In this document: piece by piece, positions 38,572-48,020 of the stretch
Numbering within the stretch: position 1 is the stretch's first letter
How the letters are laid out: every line of letters starts with the position of its first letter
Origin: an uncultured Nitrososphaerota archaeon
GTDB taxonomy: Archaea > Thermoproteota > Nitrososphaeria > Nitrososphaerales > Gagatemarchaeaceae
Length of the DNA stretch: 64,000 bases
Assembly (NCBI GenBank): GCA_963703285.1
Contig: OY969807.1
Coordinates: 1,664,001 to 1,728,000, forward strand
Direction of reading: 5' to 3'
Notes under the pieces: model-generated
What the model was told of the DNA's origin: nothing
The model's database searches: none
What the model saw: the letters and a program-made list of their open reading frames with translations, nothing else
Translations under genes and position numbers: made by a program

Positions 38572-40311
38572 TCATCCAATATTTGGAGCACTAGTGTCTC
38601 CGGCCGGCGAGATGAGCTTCTTTCCCTTCTCGTTCAGCTTCTTTATTGCTCCATAGAGCGTATCCAGCTTCTCGTAATACCAGCCCGGTTGTCCACTTCT
38701 GCTTGGGACGAATTTCTCGTCGACGAACCGAAGGTACTCAAGGACATAACCGGCCACCTCGCGTTTGACGATCAAATACGACATCACTTGAGGGAGAATC
38801 GTCCGGAGTACGCCCGAGTTCGCATTGTACTCCCATCTTGTTTTAGTCACCGCATCCCCTCTGCGAGCTAGGTTCACGGTTCCCTCTCCGATAATCTCCA
38901 TCACCTTCACGCAGAAGTCCCGGTTGGAGTTGGTCACGTTGAGCTGCGGCCGATAGAAGTATCCCCTACTGTACGCCGCGTGGATAACCTTGGAGAGGAA
39001 TATCAATCCTTCTCCATCTATCACCCCTGCCAGCCAAGAGCTTTCCTCTTTAGTCAATGTCCTAGTATCCGTCGCTCTTCCACCCCGCCCTCTGTTCTTC
39101 AGGCTCTTCGGCAGCGCAAGCATAGCTGCCATCGTCTCCGGCGACGGGTCCCTCCCTTTCTCGTTCGTCCGCTTGAGCGCCATGTAGAGTGAGTCAGCTT
39201 TCTCGTAGTAACCCGCCGGAACTTCCATGACGCCGATGATTGGATTCGCATCGACGTAAGCAAGGTACTCCAGCATCCTCTCTGCCGCCTCCTTCTTGAT
39301 GAGCAAATGAGGCACCAGCTGCGGCAGCAAACCGCGAAGAACCATGCCTGCTCCCCGATAGCACCATCTATCCTTCCAGTCAAGACGCGTCTCTTTCTGG
39401 AAGTTCACCGACCCCCTTCCGATGACCTCCCTCACCTTCCTCGCAAACTCCTCATTGGAGTTGCTGAGGTTGATGGCGGGGACGTAGGCGAATCCGCGTC
39501 TTCCTTTGGCAGCAGATCCCCTGTTCAACTTCGTTATGAAGATCGAACCCTCTCCATCGATGACTCCTGCCAGCCATTGCCCCTCAACCGCACTCAGTTG
39601 CCTAGGTGGCCCATCCAAGAGTTCCTCTCCGTTCGCTTCATCAACCAGCTTGGATTTGGCGAACCTCCTCCACGACGTGATGTGAATCCCATCCACGAGC
39701 TCGCCCACCGGCTTCTTCGTCTCCACCTGGTCGACGCCGAGTATGGAGAGCTTGTGCACCTCCGAGGGTCTCACCTTGTCGGCGTACTTCACGGGCACAT
39801 AGACAATAAGAGACCGGAAGCCGGTCGTGTAGACATAGCTTTCGAACCCAAAGTCACCATCGACCTTCCCGGATACCCAGTAGAGCTTCTCTGCCTCCAG
39901 CCTCGTTCCTTCTGGGCTTCTGAGCTTCCGCCAAGGGAGTCTGAAAATCAGGTTCGAGCCGAGTTCGCCGTTCTTCTTCGTGTATGTGTGGCCATAGGCC
40001 CTCGCCTGGACTACGCTTGGGTGTGATTCAACCTGCTCTGGCTTCCTCGGCTCCGGCTCTGTTTGGCCATGGGGCTCGTTGTTCTCGTCTCCCGCCTGTT
40101 CTTTCTCAAACCCTCCGAGCGTCGTCTGGACTGTCTCTTCAGACCGTTCGGCTTCCGTCTTACCTTCCGTCCCTTCCGCCCGAGACCCACCATCGCTTCG
40201 AGCCACATCAAAGGCTGGCTCGCCGCCGACCGCCGGGGACGCTACCTCCTTCTCTGAGACCCCTGTTCTCTCCTTGGGGGTCCCTGTCTGGACAGAATCC
40301 TCTTGGTCCAT
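38572..40311 (-). CDS. Free-standing double-LAGLIDADG endonuclease-like protein (copy 1)
   Basis: Two WLAGVIDGEG(S/L)I motifs, each followed by NSN..F..KV.E.IG.G.V...W.Y...L..LP...L..K.E.A; acidic disordered N-terminus; no intron or intein context. Confidence 0.9.
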   Translation of the reverse strand: MDQEDSVQTGTPKERTGVSEKEVASPAVGGEPAFDVARSDGGSRAEGTEGKTEAERSEETVQTTLGGFEKEQAGDENNEPHGQTEPEPRKPEQVESHPSVVQARAYGHTYTKKNGELGSNLIFRLPWRKLRSPEGTRLEAEKLYWVSGKVDGDFGFESYVYTTGFRSLIVYVPVKYADKVRPSEVHKLSILGVDQVETKKPVGELVDGIHITSWRRFAKSKLVDEANGEELLDGPPRQLSAVEGQWLAGVIDGEGSIFITKLNRGSAAKGRRGFAYVPAINLSNSNEEFARKVREVIGRGSVNFQKETRLDWKDRWCYRGAGMVLRGLLPQLVPHLLIKKEAAERMLEYLAYVDANPIIGVMEVPAGYYEKADSLYMALKRTNEKGRDPSPETMAAMLALPKSLKNRGRGGRATDTRTLTKEESSWLAGVIDGEGLIFLSKVIHAAYSRGYFYRPQLNVTNSNRDFCVKVMEIIGEGTVNLARRGDAVTKTRWEYNANSGVLRTILPQVMSYLIVKREVAGYVLEYLRFVDEKFVPSRSGQPGWYYEKLDTLYGAIKKLNEKGKKLISPAGDTSAPNIG

Positions 40312-40362
40312 CGCTATGCTCGTCAGAAACCGTCAAAACCCCCACGCGCCTGGTCCGGCTAT

Positions 40363-40417
40363 GTTGCCATGGCAACTTGGCAACATCGTGGCAACTTCTT
40401 GGCAACTTTGTGGCAAC
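40363..40417. repeat. GTTGCCATGGCAAC palindrome plus TGGCAAC direct-repeat array (copy 1)
   Basis: TGGCAAC starts at 40370, 40378, 40389, 40400, 40411 (spacing 8, 11, 11, 11). Confidence 0.9.
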
Positions 40418-40457
40418 ATCGCCGCTGGTGTGGCTACTTTCTTAGGAATTCTGCAGG

Positions 40458-40631
40458 CTGACGGCCTCTTAGTTCAAAGAGTTCTACGCTTCTTCTGGGC
40501 GGTCCAGTACTCACAATCGGCTCGGCGCATGTTGCCATTCTGGCCGATCTTCGTCGGCACGACGTGAGAAGTTCGGCTTCTCAGGCCGCTCCCTTTGGGG
40601 GCTTTGGACCGTCGTCAGTTCTTAGTTTCTA
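40458..40631 (-). ncRNA. Conserved structured RNA leader upstream of the LAGLIDADG gene (copy 1)
   Basis: ~91% identical to 58631-58803; closing helix CTGACG/CGTCAG, CGGTCCA/TGGACCG, three internal hairpins; TTAAATAC box at 40653-40660. Confidence 0.7.
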
Positions 40632-40800
40632 GCAGGAGAATAGCGACTAGCAGTATTTAACAGGACAAGACTCCATCGCGGGTTCCGTTGCATCTTCGGG
40701 TGATTTGAAGCCGCGTTGCGGATTGGTTATTCATGGCTGTGCGCCTGTCGTGGATAAATTGTTCACAAGGTGTATAACCCGCCCAGAGCACCTTGGCTTG

Positions 40801-41073
40801 ATGACCAGAACGCTTCTCGTGGGTTCATTGGTCATAATCGCAGTCATGTTGGTTGCGTTTGCGATCTCCGTTCCGGTGGTACGAACCTCGTCCCTCGTGG
40901 GAGCCCGACCGTATTGTCCGCAACCTACTGGTGGACTTCTCATTCAGGTTTGCGATAACATAGTTCCTTTGAACGCGCACCATTACGATTCCGTCTCGAT
41001 GGCCATCTTCGGTTTCGGAGCCGCATCCGCAGGAATCTTTGGCTCGGGCTTCTACTACTCATTTTTCTCCTAA
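40801..41073 (+). CDS. Small membrane protein (FxxPVV...SxS family)
   Basis: TM helix, ISVPVV, Cys pair, YDSVSMAIFGFG. Confidence 0.65.
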   Translation: MTRTLLVGSLVIIAVMLVAFAISVPVVRTSSLVGARPYCPQPTGGLLIQVCDNIVPLNAHHYDSVSMAIFGFGAASAGIFGSGFYYSFFS

Positions 41074-41212
41074 AGCGCGGTTTCTGTTGAACCCTTCAAT
41101 AATGCCATCCATTTGTCCTTGAGTTCATACCGATTCCCGCAGCTTGTGCAGGTGTCTGTGCCTCCAAGGCTGCATGCGGTTTGACGAAGTTGTAATGGAC
41201 GCGGGAGATGGA

Positions 41213-41962
41213 TCACGACGTCGAGGTTTCCGACGAATTCAACATGAGCAGGTAGATCCCGTTTTCGATCGGGGGCAGCTGGACGGTCATCGAGCTCGCT
41301 ACCGGCGAGAGACACCCCTCCGCGCCTTCTTCACCGGCGCAGGGCGGAGTCGAGTACCATGGGACGGGGCTCGAATCAATGGTGACCCCATCGTTGGGTA
41401 TCGGCATCAGGCTCGACAGCTGGCCCTCCTCGGCATAAATCGTGAGGTTGTAGCCCGCCGCGTTGATTTGAGGACCCAGGGAGAAGTTGAGCTGCAGGAG
41501 GTACTCTTGGGCCGTCAGATAGTAGATGCCACCACCGCATGCCGCGCCGCAGTACACCGGAAAGCTGGTCTGCGAGTATGTGTACGAGCACAGGGCGTTG
41601 CTGAACGAAGTCATCGGGCTGGCGCTCATGTTGAGCTGGATGCTCCCCTCCGTAGTGTTGACGTCTACGATTGCAGAGGTGTAGTCAGGAATGGACGACT
41701 GGCTCGAAGCAGCGCTCGACTCCGAACCCTGTTGGACGGACTGTCCCAGAATCGTACAGCCATAGTTCACGGCCGTCGTTGTCGAGGAGAAAGCTGACTG
41801 AAGCGATTGAGTGGTCTGTGCAGGCGCCGCCGCCCTGGGTTGCAGGGAATACGCCGCGGCCCCTATGGCCACTACGAGGATGATCGCGACGAAAGCAACT
41901 ATCGCCCTCTCTTTTTTCCCCGGCGTTGCCGTCCCCTGTGAGGGTGCCTCAGATTTCATCAA
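41213..41962 (-). CDS. Membrane-anchored Cys-containing surface protein
   Basis: KKERA-IVAFVAIILVVAIG anchor, Ser/Thr-rich linker, paired Cys. Confidence 0.8.
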   Translation of the reverse strand: MMKSEAPSQGTATPGKKERAIVAFVAIILVVAIGAAAYSLQPRAAAPAQTTQSLQSAFSSTTTAVNYGCTILGQSVQQGSESSAASSQSSIPDYTSAIVDVNTTEGSIQLNMSASPMTSFSNALCSYTYSQTSFPVYCGAACGGGIYYLTAQEYLLQLNFSLGPQINAAGYNLTIYAEEGQLSSLMPIPNDGVTIDSSPVPWYSTPPCAGEEGAEGCLSPVASSMTVQLPPIENGIYLLMLNSSETSTS

Positions 41963-42093
41963 TCATGCACGACGCTCGACCCGCTGGCCTATCGGTGTAA
42001 TGAAGACGCCCTTGCGCTTAACAGTTTTGCTTCGGCAAAAATCTCCATCGCGGCGAGAATCGTTTTTAGGCATCCCGCCGGCGCCGATTCGCA

Positions 42094-43167
42094 ATGGACG
42101 AAAAGGTCCTCTCCTTCCTCCGCAGGGCCTACCGGGAGCACTACTTCAGGCGCCACGACCTGGTCGAGATCCCTTCTGCCATGGCGTCGAGGGAGTTCGG
42201 CTACATCCCCTTCGATGGCGGGATGGTACGCCACCTCTCCTTCAGGAACCCTGGAGAACTCTTCGCGGAGCTCGTCAGACAGGCGCCGTCCTCGGTATTC
42301 TGCTCCAACGCCGTATATGAGAGGCCCACTCTTCAGATGGACGAGAAGGGGTGGAAGGGGGCCGACCTGATCTTCGACATCGACGCCGACGCGATTCCTA
42401 CCCCGTGCAAGTCCACCCACACCTGGTGGTTCTGCGGCAACTGCCACAAGGGAGGCATGGGCGAGGTACCGTCAAGGTGCCCTTACTGCCGGAGCGAGGC
42501 GGTCGAGCAGATGCACTGGAGCTGCTGGGAGTGCCTCAACGAGACGAAGGTCCACGTGAAACGCCTGACAGGGTTCCTCCAAGACGACTTCGGCATAGAC
42601 CGGGAGAGCATCAGGCTGTACTTCTCAGGAAACAGGGGGTACCACGCACAGATTCATGACGAAAGGTACGAGATGGCGGACCCGCAGATGCGAGGCGAGT
42701 TAGCGAACTACGTGAAGGGGACGGGCCTCAGCCTGAAGGCGCAGGAGAGCGCGCCCGGCCGCACAGACCTTGGCTGGTCACGCAGGACCCGCCTGTTTCT
42801 CGTGACGACCGAGGGGGCCTCCCGCTCGAAGAAGACCCAGAAGCTCGCCAACCAGGTAGTCGCTGCCAACGGGGCGCTGATAGACGAATCCGTCACAACC
42901 GACGTGCACCGGGTCTTCCGGATGCCTGGAACGCTCCACGGCAAGTCTGGGCTGCTGAAGATGAGGGTCGAGTCGCTGGAGGAGTTCGACCCGCAGAGCC
43001 AGCCCGTGGTCCTGAGCGGCGAGCCGATCAAGGTGCGGATATACTACTCGCCCGAATTCGTCCTGAACGGGAGAAGGTTCGGACCGTACGAGTCCTCGAC
43101 GGTCGAGATACCTATTTACGCCGCAGTTTTCCTTCTCGCCAGGGGACTGGGTGAACTGGTCGATTGA
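42094..43167 (+). CDS. priS: DNA primase small subunit
   Basis: REFGY, DLIFDIDAD, FSGNRGYH, IDESVTTD.HR.FRMPGTLHGK. Confidence 0.95.
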   Translation: MDEKVLSFLRRAYREHYFRRHDLVEIPSAMASREFGYIPFDGGMVRHLSFRNPGELFAELVRQAPSSVFCSNAVYERPTLQMDEKGWKGADLIFDIDADAIPTPCKSTHTWWFCGNCHKGGMGEVPSRCPYCRSEAVEQMHWSCWECLNETKVHVKRLTGFLQDDFGIDRESIRLYFSGNRGYHAQIHDERYEMADPQMRGELANYVKGTGLSLKAQESAPGRTDLGWSRRTRLFLVTTEGASRSKKTQKLANQVVAANGALIDESVTTDVHRVFRMPGTLHGKSGLLKMRVESLEEFDPQSQPVVLSGEPIKVRIYYSPEFVLNGRRFGPYESSTVEIPIYAAVFLLARGLGELVD

Positions 43168-43733
43168 GCAGGGGAGACGAGACGATTGAGGTCCTGAAGC
43201 AACTGCTCGACGCAGAGGAACAGTCGGAGAACCTGACGAAGCTACCGGCGGATACCTACACCCGAATCGCGGTCTACGTGCAGAAGCTGCGCAAGAGCGG
43301 TGACATCACCGCGGAGGACCCGCTCAGCAGGCTGACGAGAAAGCAGCTCTCCCTCCTGGAGGGTATGGGGAGACAGCTCCTCGACTCCAGGATTTCCAAG
43401 GCCGTGAGCAGGCAAGACATGAGGGACCTTCTTCCCGAAGAGAAGTTTGTCTGCGAATTCTACATGGAGTTCGAGAGGATGCGCAACAGGTTCGGAAAGG
43501 CGCTCGGCAACGGACAGCAGTCGACGTTCGCTGCCCTGCAGAAGGGCCAGATGCAGAAGAAGGTCACGGTCCGGTTCCAAAAGCCGCTCGAGGAGATAGT
43601 CGGGTTCGACCTGAACAAGTATGGCCCCTTCCAGGTCCACGACGTGGCCATCATCCCCGCGGCCAACGCAGAGGTCCTGGTATCCAGCGGCGTCGCGATC
43701 GTGGTCTATTCGAGCGACTCGATCTACGAGTAG
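43164..43733 (+). CDS. GINS complex subunit (Gins51/15-like)
   Basis: LTKLP.D.Y, RISK, LLPEEK, VRF...IVGFDL.KYGPF...DVA.IP..NA.VL; coupled to priS. Confidence 0.85.
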   Translation: MSRGDETIEVLKQLLDAEEQSENLTKLPADTYTRIAVYVQKLRKSGDITAEDPLSRLTRKQLSLLEGMGRQLLDSRISKAVSRQDMRDLLPEEKFVCEFYMEFERMRNRFGKALGNGQQSTFAALQKGQMQKKVTVRFQKPLEEIVGFDLNKYGPFQVHDVAIIPAANAEVLVSSGVAIVVYSSDSIYE

Positions 43734-44068
43734 CTCCGCCACGTATGGTTGCATTTCACGCAGCGGTAGAACTGCGTCGGCGGCTCGTCGCCGCTCCGGG
43801 TCTGCAGGAACCACCACATCGCCTCGCCATGCCCGCACTTGGGGCACTCTGTCTTCGTCGTCGGAAGAGACGTGAGCTTCCCTTCCTTCTCCCCGACCAC
43901 CTTTATCACCGGCGCGTCGGCCAGCTCCTCCTCGGTCGCCTTGGTCACGGTCTTCCCCGCCTTGTCCGAGAAGCCGCAGTTGTCACAGACGAAGGTCATC
44001 GCCGTCCCCTTGTCGAGCTTGACCTGCTTTAGCTTTAGTCTGGTTCCACACTTCGGGCAGAATTTCAT
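43724..44068 (-). CDS. tfs: Transcription factor S
   Basis: MKFCPKCG...CPKCG...QTRSGDEPPTQFYRCVKC.HTWR. Confidence 0.95.
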   Translation of the reverse strand: MKFCPKCGTRLKLKQVKLDKGTAMTFVCDNCGFSDKAGKTVTKATEEELADAPVIKVVGEKEGKLTSLPTTKTECPKCGHGEAMWWFLQTRSGDEPPTQFYRCVKCNHTWRSYS

Positions 44069-44352
44069 TCAGTCACACCGGTGAACGCCTTGTTCACGGC
44101 CTCGAGCAGGTCGTGGGCGTTGCTCTGGGCCCTCTCGAGGCTCGCCAGGAACGCCTTCTCGGGTTTGATTCTCTGGGCCCTCACCTTGATGACGAGCTTC
44201 TTGATCAGTGGGTGCGGGGGAAGGACCCCAGCAAAGGTTACGTTCTTCTCGTCCAGGAGTTCGTGGTGGATTATCTCTCCGAGGGAGTAGTCTTCACCGG
44301 TCACTTCCACGGTGAACTCTCTTTCGCCCTCTCTCAGGACCTGGACTTGCAT
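44065..44352 (-). CDS. rpoL: RNA polymerase subunit Rpo11 (L)
   Basis: GEDYSLG, V.FAG..PHPL; usual position next to tfs and csl4. Confidence 0.88.
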   Translation of the reverse strand: MQVQVLREGEREFTVEVTGEDYSLGEIIHHELLDEKNVTFAGVLPPHPLIKKLVIKVRAQRIKPEKAFLASLERAQSNAHDLLEAVNKAFTGVTE

Positions 44353-44388
44353 GGTTCTGAGGCGTGCGAATTCATTGGGTTATTAAAC

Positions 44389-44961
44389 TCATGGTTGTAC
44401 CGGTTCTCTGCCGAAGTCGTCTGCGAACTTCCGGTCCTCGACGTTCCCGCAGTTGGTGCACTGCGCCCTGCCTCCCGCCGCCACGAGGGGCCTACCACAG
44501 TTGCTGCACAGGGAGGCTATCACGCCGAGGTGCGGTTCGCCGATCGAGAGGTGGATCATCGCATTCATCGTGCTGATGACCTTGGCCCTCACCACGTCGC
44601 CAAGCTTCACGGCGGTCCTCCTCATCCCCCTTCCTCCCCTCTCCTCCCTTAGGAAGAGTATTCCGACGAATCCGGCCTGGGTCGGCTTCCCGTTGAGGTA
44701 GTATATCTTGAGTTGGGACGTGCTCGACTGCGCCACCTCAATCTGCCCCGTGACCACGTCTCCCACGTCGGGCACCTTGGGCACGACCGTCGATTTCACA
44801 TCGATTTCCCTCTCGCGGAGGTCCTTGACGACGACCCCGGCCTGCAGCGCCCTGATTGTCCCGTCCGCGTCGTAGGCGTTGTTGCCGGGAAGGTACTCTT
44901 CGGAGACCGCCATCGGGTCGCCCGGCAGCACTCTCTGTTGCTTCTCTGCGCTCATCTTCAT
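44389..44961 (-). CDS. csl4: Exosome RNA-binding protein Csl4
   Basis: VLPGD...EEYLPG, GDVVRAKV, LGVI...CSNCG...CTNCGNVEDRK. Confidence 0.93.
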   Translation of the reverse strand: MKMSAEKQQRVLPGDPMAVSEEYLPGNNAYDADGTIRALQAGVVVKDLREREIDVKSTVVPKVPDVGDVVTGQIEVAQSSTSQLKIYYLNGKPTQAGFVGILFLREERGGRGMRRTAVKLGDVVRAKVISTMNAMIHLSIGEPHLGVIASLCSNCGRPLVAAGGRAQCTNCGNVEDRKFADDFGREPVQP

Positions 44962-45995
44962 CTCGTCCTCGGTGTCAATCCGGTCGTCAACTCAATCCAC
45001 TTAGGTCTTTCTAGGAACTCCCCCACCTCCCTCCCCTCCATCAGCCTCACCAGAGCGTCCGCCTGAGGTATGGAGAGGACGGGCCTGTCGAACGTGAACC
45101 CGTCAATCGATATCCTGGGGCAGGCCGTCTGGACGAATGCCTCTATGTCCCTGTGGGGCGCCAGGCTGTCCGGGGTTATGTCCCGCATCGCCAGCTGCAC
45201 GACCTCCCGACCGTTCATCTCGAGCCTCTTCGTTATCCACCTCGTCCGCCCCAGCATCTTCTGACCCTCCTTCAGCCCCGTGATGACGCCGAAGACCCGT
45301 GCATCGAGCGCCTTGTACACGGCCAGTATCGACCGCTTCCTCCGAATCTCGGCCTCTTCCTTCATGTCCCTCACCTCCTCGAGATAGGGGTCGAGGAGAT
45401 AGGTTGGCTTCCCGGTGGCGAGGGCGACCCCGACCGCGTGGAACTCGCTCTCCCCGAGGTAGCAGAAGGCGTCGACCTCCCTGCTCATGGGGTAGATGGT
45501 CGAGAAGTCGCAGCCGAAGGTCTGGGACTGGAAGAGGAGGTTGTTCTCCTTCCCAAGGTGCACCTCGAGCCCGGCCGCCTCGAGCTGCCTCTTCGCCGGT
45601 TCCAGCTCGTCGAGATGCTGGCTGAAAGTCGCAAGGCCGATACTCTTGTACTGCCTGAAGACTGGGATTGACTTCTCGATGACGGCGTCGAACTTGATGT
45701 CGTCCTTTGCGTCGATGAGGTGCGTGAACTCGCCGATCTCTTCCACAACGGCGTTGTGACCGATGTGCAGGGCGAGGTCAGCGCCGAGCTTGGTGACGTC
45801 GTCGTCGACGGTGTCGCAAATCCCGAAGCAGGAGTCTCCGACGAGGAAGCACGGGACCCCGTACTCCTTCTCTATCCTCTTGACGAGGTCCTTCGTCTGC
45901 CGCAGCAGGCCGCCGGGAGCGTTGACCACTATGCCCTTTGGCTTCCGCTCTCTGACCAGCCTGAACACTTTCTCTTCGTCGATTCTGACCGTCAA
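44958..45995 (-). CDS. dph2: Diphthamide biosynthesis enzyme Dph2
   Basis: SCFGICD, HIGH, FGCD, FH, K.GQ, TACPRI. Confidence 0.93.
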   Translation of the reverse strand: MTVRIDEEKVFRLVRERKPKGIVVNAPGGLLRQTKDLVKRIEKEYGVPCFLVGDSCFGICDTVDDDVTKLGADLALHIGHNAVVEEIGEFTHLIDAKDDIKFDAVIEKSIPVFRQYKSIGLATFSQHLDELEPAKRQLEAAGLEVHLGKENNLLFQSQTFGCDFSTIYPMSREVDAFCYLGESEFHAVGVALATGKPTYLLDPYLEEVRDMKEEAEIRRKRSILAVYKALDARVFGVITGLKEGQKMLGRTRWITKRLEMNGREVVQLAMRDITPDSLAPHRDIEAFVQTACPRISIDGFTFDRPVLSIPQADALVRLMEGREVGEFLERPKWIELTTGLTPRTR

Positions 45996-46205
45996 ATCCC
46001 CGCTGACCTGGAACCCGCGCTCCTCTCTTCCTTAATTAGGATTCTCGTCCGATGAGGCTGTGCGGCCGCGATAGCGCGGGCCTCACAAAACCTCAGCGAT
46101 TTCATTGCCTGCGTCATCCTGTGATTGAGAGTTGGACGCGTCGCCGGGCGACATGTGGGGACCCTTTTAATACGGACGGGAGTCGCCGCCCGCGATGAGA
46201 TTTCA

Positions 46206-46307
46206 ATGGCAATGTGTGCAAAATGCGGCAAGGAGATTCCTGCAGGAGACGAAGTAAAGAAGGGCTTTCTGACGAAGAAGAGCTACCACAAGGAATGCGC
46301 TGCCTGA
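46206..46307 (+). CDS. 33-aa Zn-finger microprotein (CxxC...HxxC)
   Basis: MAMCAKCGKEI...YHKEC; TTTTAATA box ~30 nt upstream. Confidence 0.65.
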   Translation: MAMCAKCGKEIPAGDEVKKGFLTKKSYHKECAA

Positions 46308-46456
46308 AAAACTCTCGAATCGACTCCTGTTGTTGAAGATTTAATCAGAGAACGCTCTCTGCGTACGCAGTCCGTCCGCGGGCATCAATCAGTTCCGATG
46401 ATGCTTCTCGGCCCGGCAAACCCTTCGCCGACCGCAACACGACCGAGGGCGGAATC

Positions 46457-47875
46457 TCAAGCCTGCTTTGTCACCCATCGTCTAGACGCAACGACCACGA
46501 CTACCAACGACGCAACTCCGATCACGACCGCGATTCCGACGAGCCATAGATTCTGAACTGCCAAGGAGGATGGGCCCCCCGTCGAGGCGATGCTCAGGGT
46601 GGTCGTCTTCGACGAGGTTGCCGAGCCCTGGTACAACGTTCCGTTCTCGTACGTGAGGGGGTAGTGATTCGCCATGAACGGTCCGGGCAGGGTGAGCGCC
46701 GCCCGAGGGGCCTGAGGGAAGTCGAAGGCCTCCATCATGTCGCTCGCCGAAGCGTCCCTAGTCGCCAGCGACGGGACCGAAAAGACCGTCTCGATGAACT
46801 TGAGGATCGAGGTGAAGTCGCCCTGGGCGCCGTCCACGAAACCCTGCTTCGCGTAAGGCGATATCACGAGGCACGGGACCCTGAAACCATAGCCCAAGCC
46901 GTCCACCTGAGGCGGAGTAACGTGGTCATAGAATCCTCCCCAATCGTCCCACGTCACGAAGATGGCGGTAGAGCTCCAATACGAACTCGCCATTATGGCG
47001 TTGATCTCGGAGACGACCGCCTGCTCCCCCAGAGTGATGTTCCCCGGGGGCTCCTCGCTCACAGCGTCGCTGGCTGGCATGACCCACGCCACGCTCGGCA
47101 GGTTCCCATGCTCGACGTCCGTGATGAACTGCCCCGTCTCGACTATGTTGTTCAGAAGCGACGGGTCGCTCCTGACAGACGCGAACGCCGGAAGCGGGTT
47201 CCAGTTGTTCAGGGACTGGTGCTCACCCGCGTAGTATCGCCAGGATACGTTGGCGGCCGCCAGCTCGTTGACTGCGGAGCTGAAGTAGAACGTGCTGTCG
47301 TTCACGTCGCTCGACGTGAAGTTGAACTCCGCGTATCTGGCGTCACCGGTGAGGCCCCCCGACTGTCCGGCGATGAGATAGAGGTGGTTCGGCAGGCTGG
47401 GTCCCATGACCGAGGTGAAGAAGTCGTCCATCAGGACGTACTGGGACGCGTAGTCCCAGTAGTAGGGTATGAAGCGGGAGTCGTAGTACCCCATCGTGAC
47501 CTCCGACCCTCCCTGGCCGGCGATGAACCCCTCCATCGTCCCGTTGTCGTACGCTTCGTGAGCCGCATTCCAGCTGTTGTTTAGATTCTTGCTGAGCACC
47601 GGGGTCGTGAGCAGGTACGGCTCCACGGTTGGTGCGCCGCCGAGCTTGGTGGGCTCAGCGCTAGAGCCGTTGAGGCCGTTGACTCCCGGATAGGTGCCGA
47701 AGTAGTTGTCGAAGGTGTGATTCTCCTCCATTATCACGACCACGTGCTTTATCGGATACCCTGTGCTGGCGACGGCTGCTGCAGCAGGATATGGGATGGC
47801 CGCGGAGACGAGAATCAGGGAGATGAATGCGACAGTGCCTACGCCTAAATCTGCGTCAGACAAGCTCCGCCTCAT
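46457..47875 (-). CDS. Exported phosphoesterase (phospholipase C/acid phosphatase family) with C-terminal anchor
   Basis: [46 protein letters not shown]. Confidence 0.92.
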   Translation of the reverse strand: MRRSLSDADLGVGTVAFISLILVSAAIPYPAAAAVASTGYPIKHVVVIMEENHTFDNYFGTYPGVNGLNGSSAEPTKLGGAPTVEPYLLTTPVLSKNLNNSWNAAHEAYDNGTMEGFIAGQGGSEVTMGYYDSRFIPYYWDYASQYVLMDDFFTSVMGPSLPNHLYLIAGQSGGLTGDARYAEFNFTSSDVNDSTFYFSSAVNELAAANVSWRYYAGEHQSLNNWNPLPAFASVRSDPSLLNNIVETGQFITDVEHGNLPSVAWVMPASDAVSEEPPGNITLGEQAVVSEINAIMASSYWSSTAIFVTWDDWGGFYDHVTPPQVDGLGYGFRVPCLVISPYAKQGFVDGAQGDFTSILKFIETVFSVPSLATRDASASDMMEAFDFPQAPRAALTLPGPFMANHYPLTYENGTLYQGSATSSKTTTLSIASTGGPSSLAVQNLWLVGIAVVIGVASLVVVVVASRRWVTKQA

Positions 47876-48020
47876 CGCTGGTTAACGTGGTCCCCCACCC
47901 TTTATCCATTATTGAAGCATTCTAGTTCCTTTTGTTCCTGCGGTTCTCTCCCTGCGCCCCGTCATCTGGACCAGACTCCTCCCGACCTTCCATAGAAGGC
48001 CGCAAAATCTTTCATCCTGG

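Noticed and set aside
40363-40417. CRISPR array or telomere-like repeat
   Set aside because: Units are 7 bp with 1-4 bp gaps; there are no spacers, cas genes or reverse transcriptase in the window.
40441-40510. Group I intron Q/R-like words on the plus strand (AATTCTGCAGG, GTTCAAAGAG)
   Set aside because: No S element or P7 pairing, the R-like bases differ in copy 2, and no interrupted host gene is present.
40560-40631. Hammerhead ribozyme suggested by CUGACGA followed by a stem in the RNA leader
   Set aside because: The stem is not followed by GAAA, and the upstream GAAAC leaves no room for stems I and III.
40671-42053. 11-bp direct repeat CTCCATCGCGG near both ends of the cargo genes
   Set aside because: Too short to distinguish from chance in GC-rich DNA without an empty-site allele.
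46050-46090. Hairpin upstream of dph2 as a C/D-box or other sRNA
   Set aside because: No matched C and D boxes; a single GC-rich hairpin is weak evidence.
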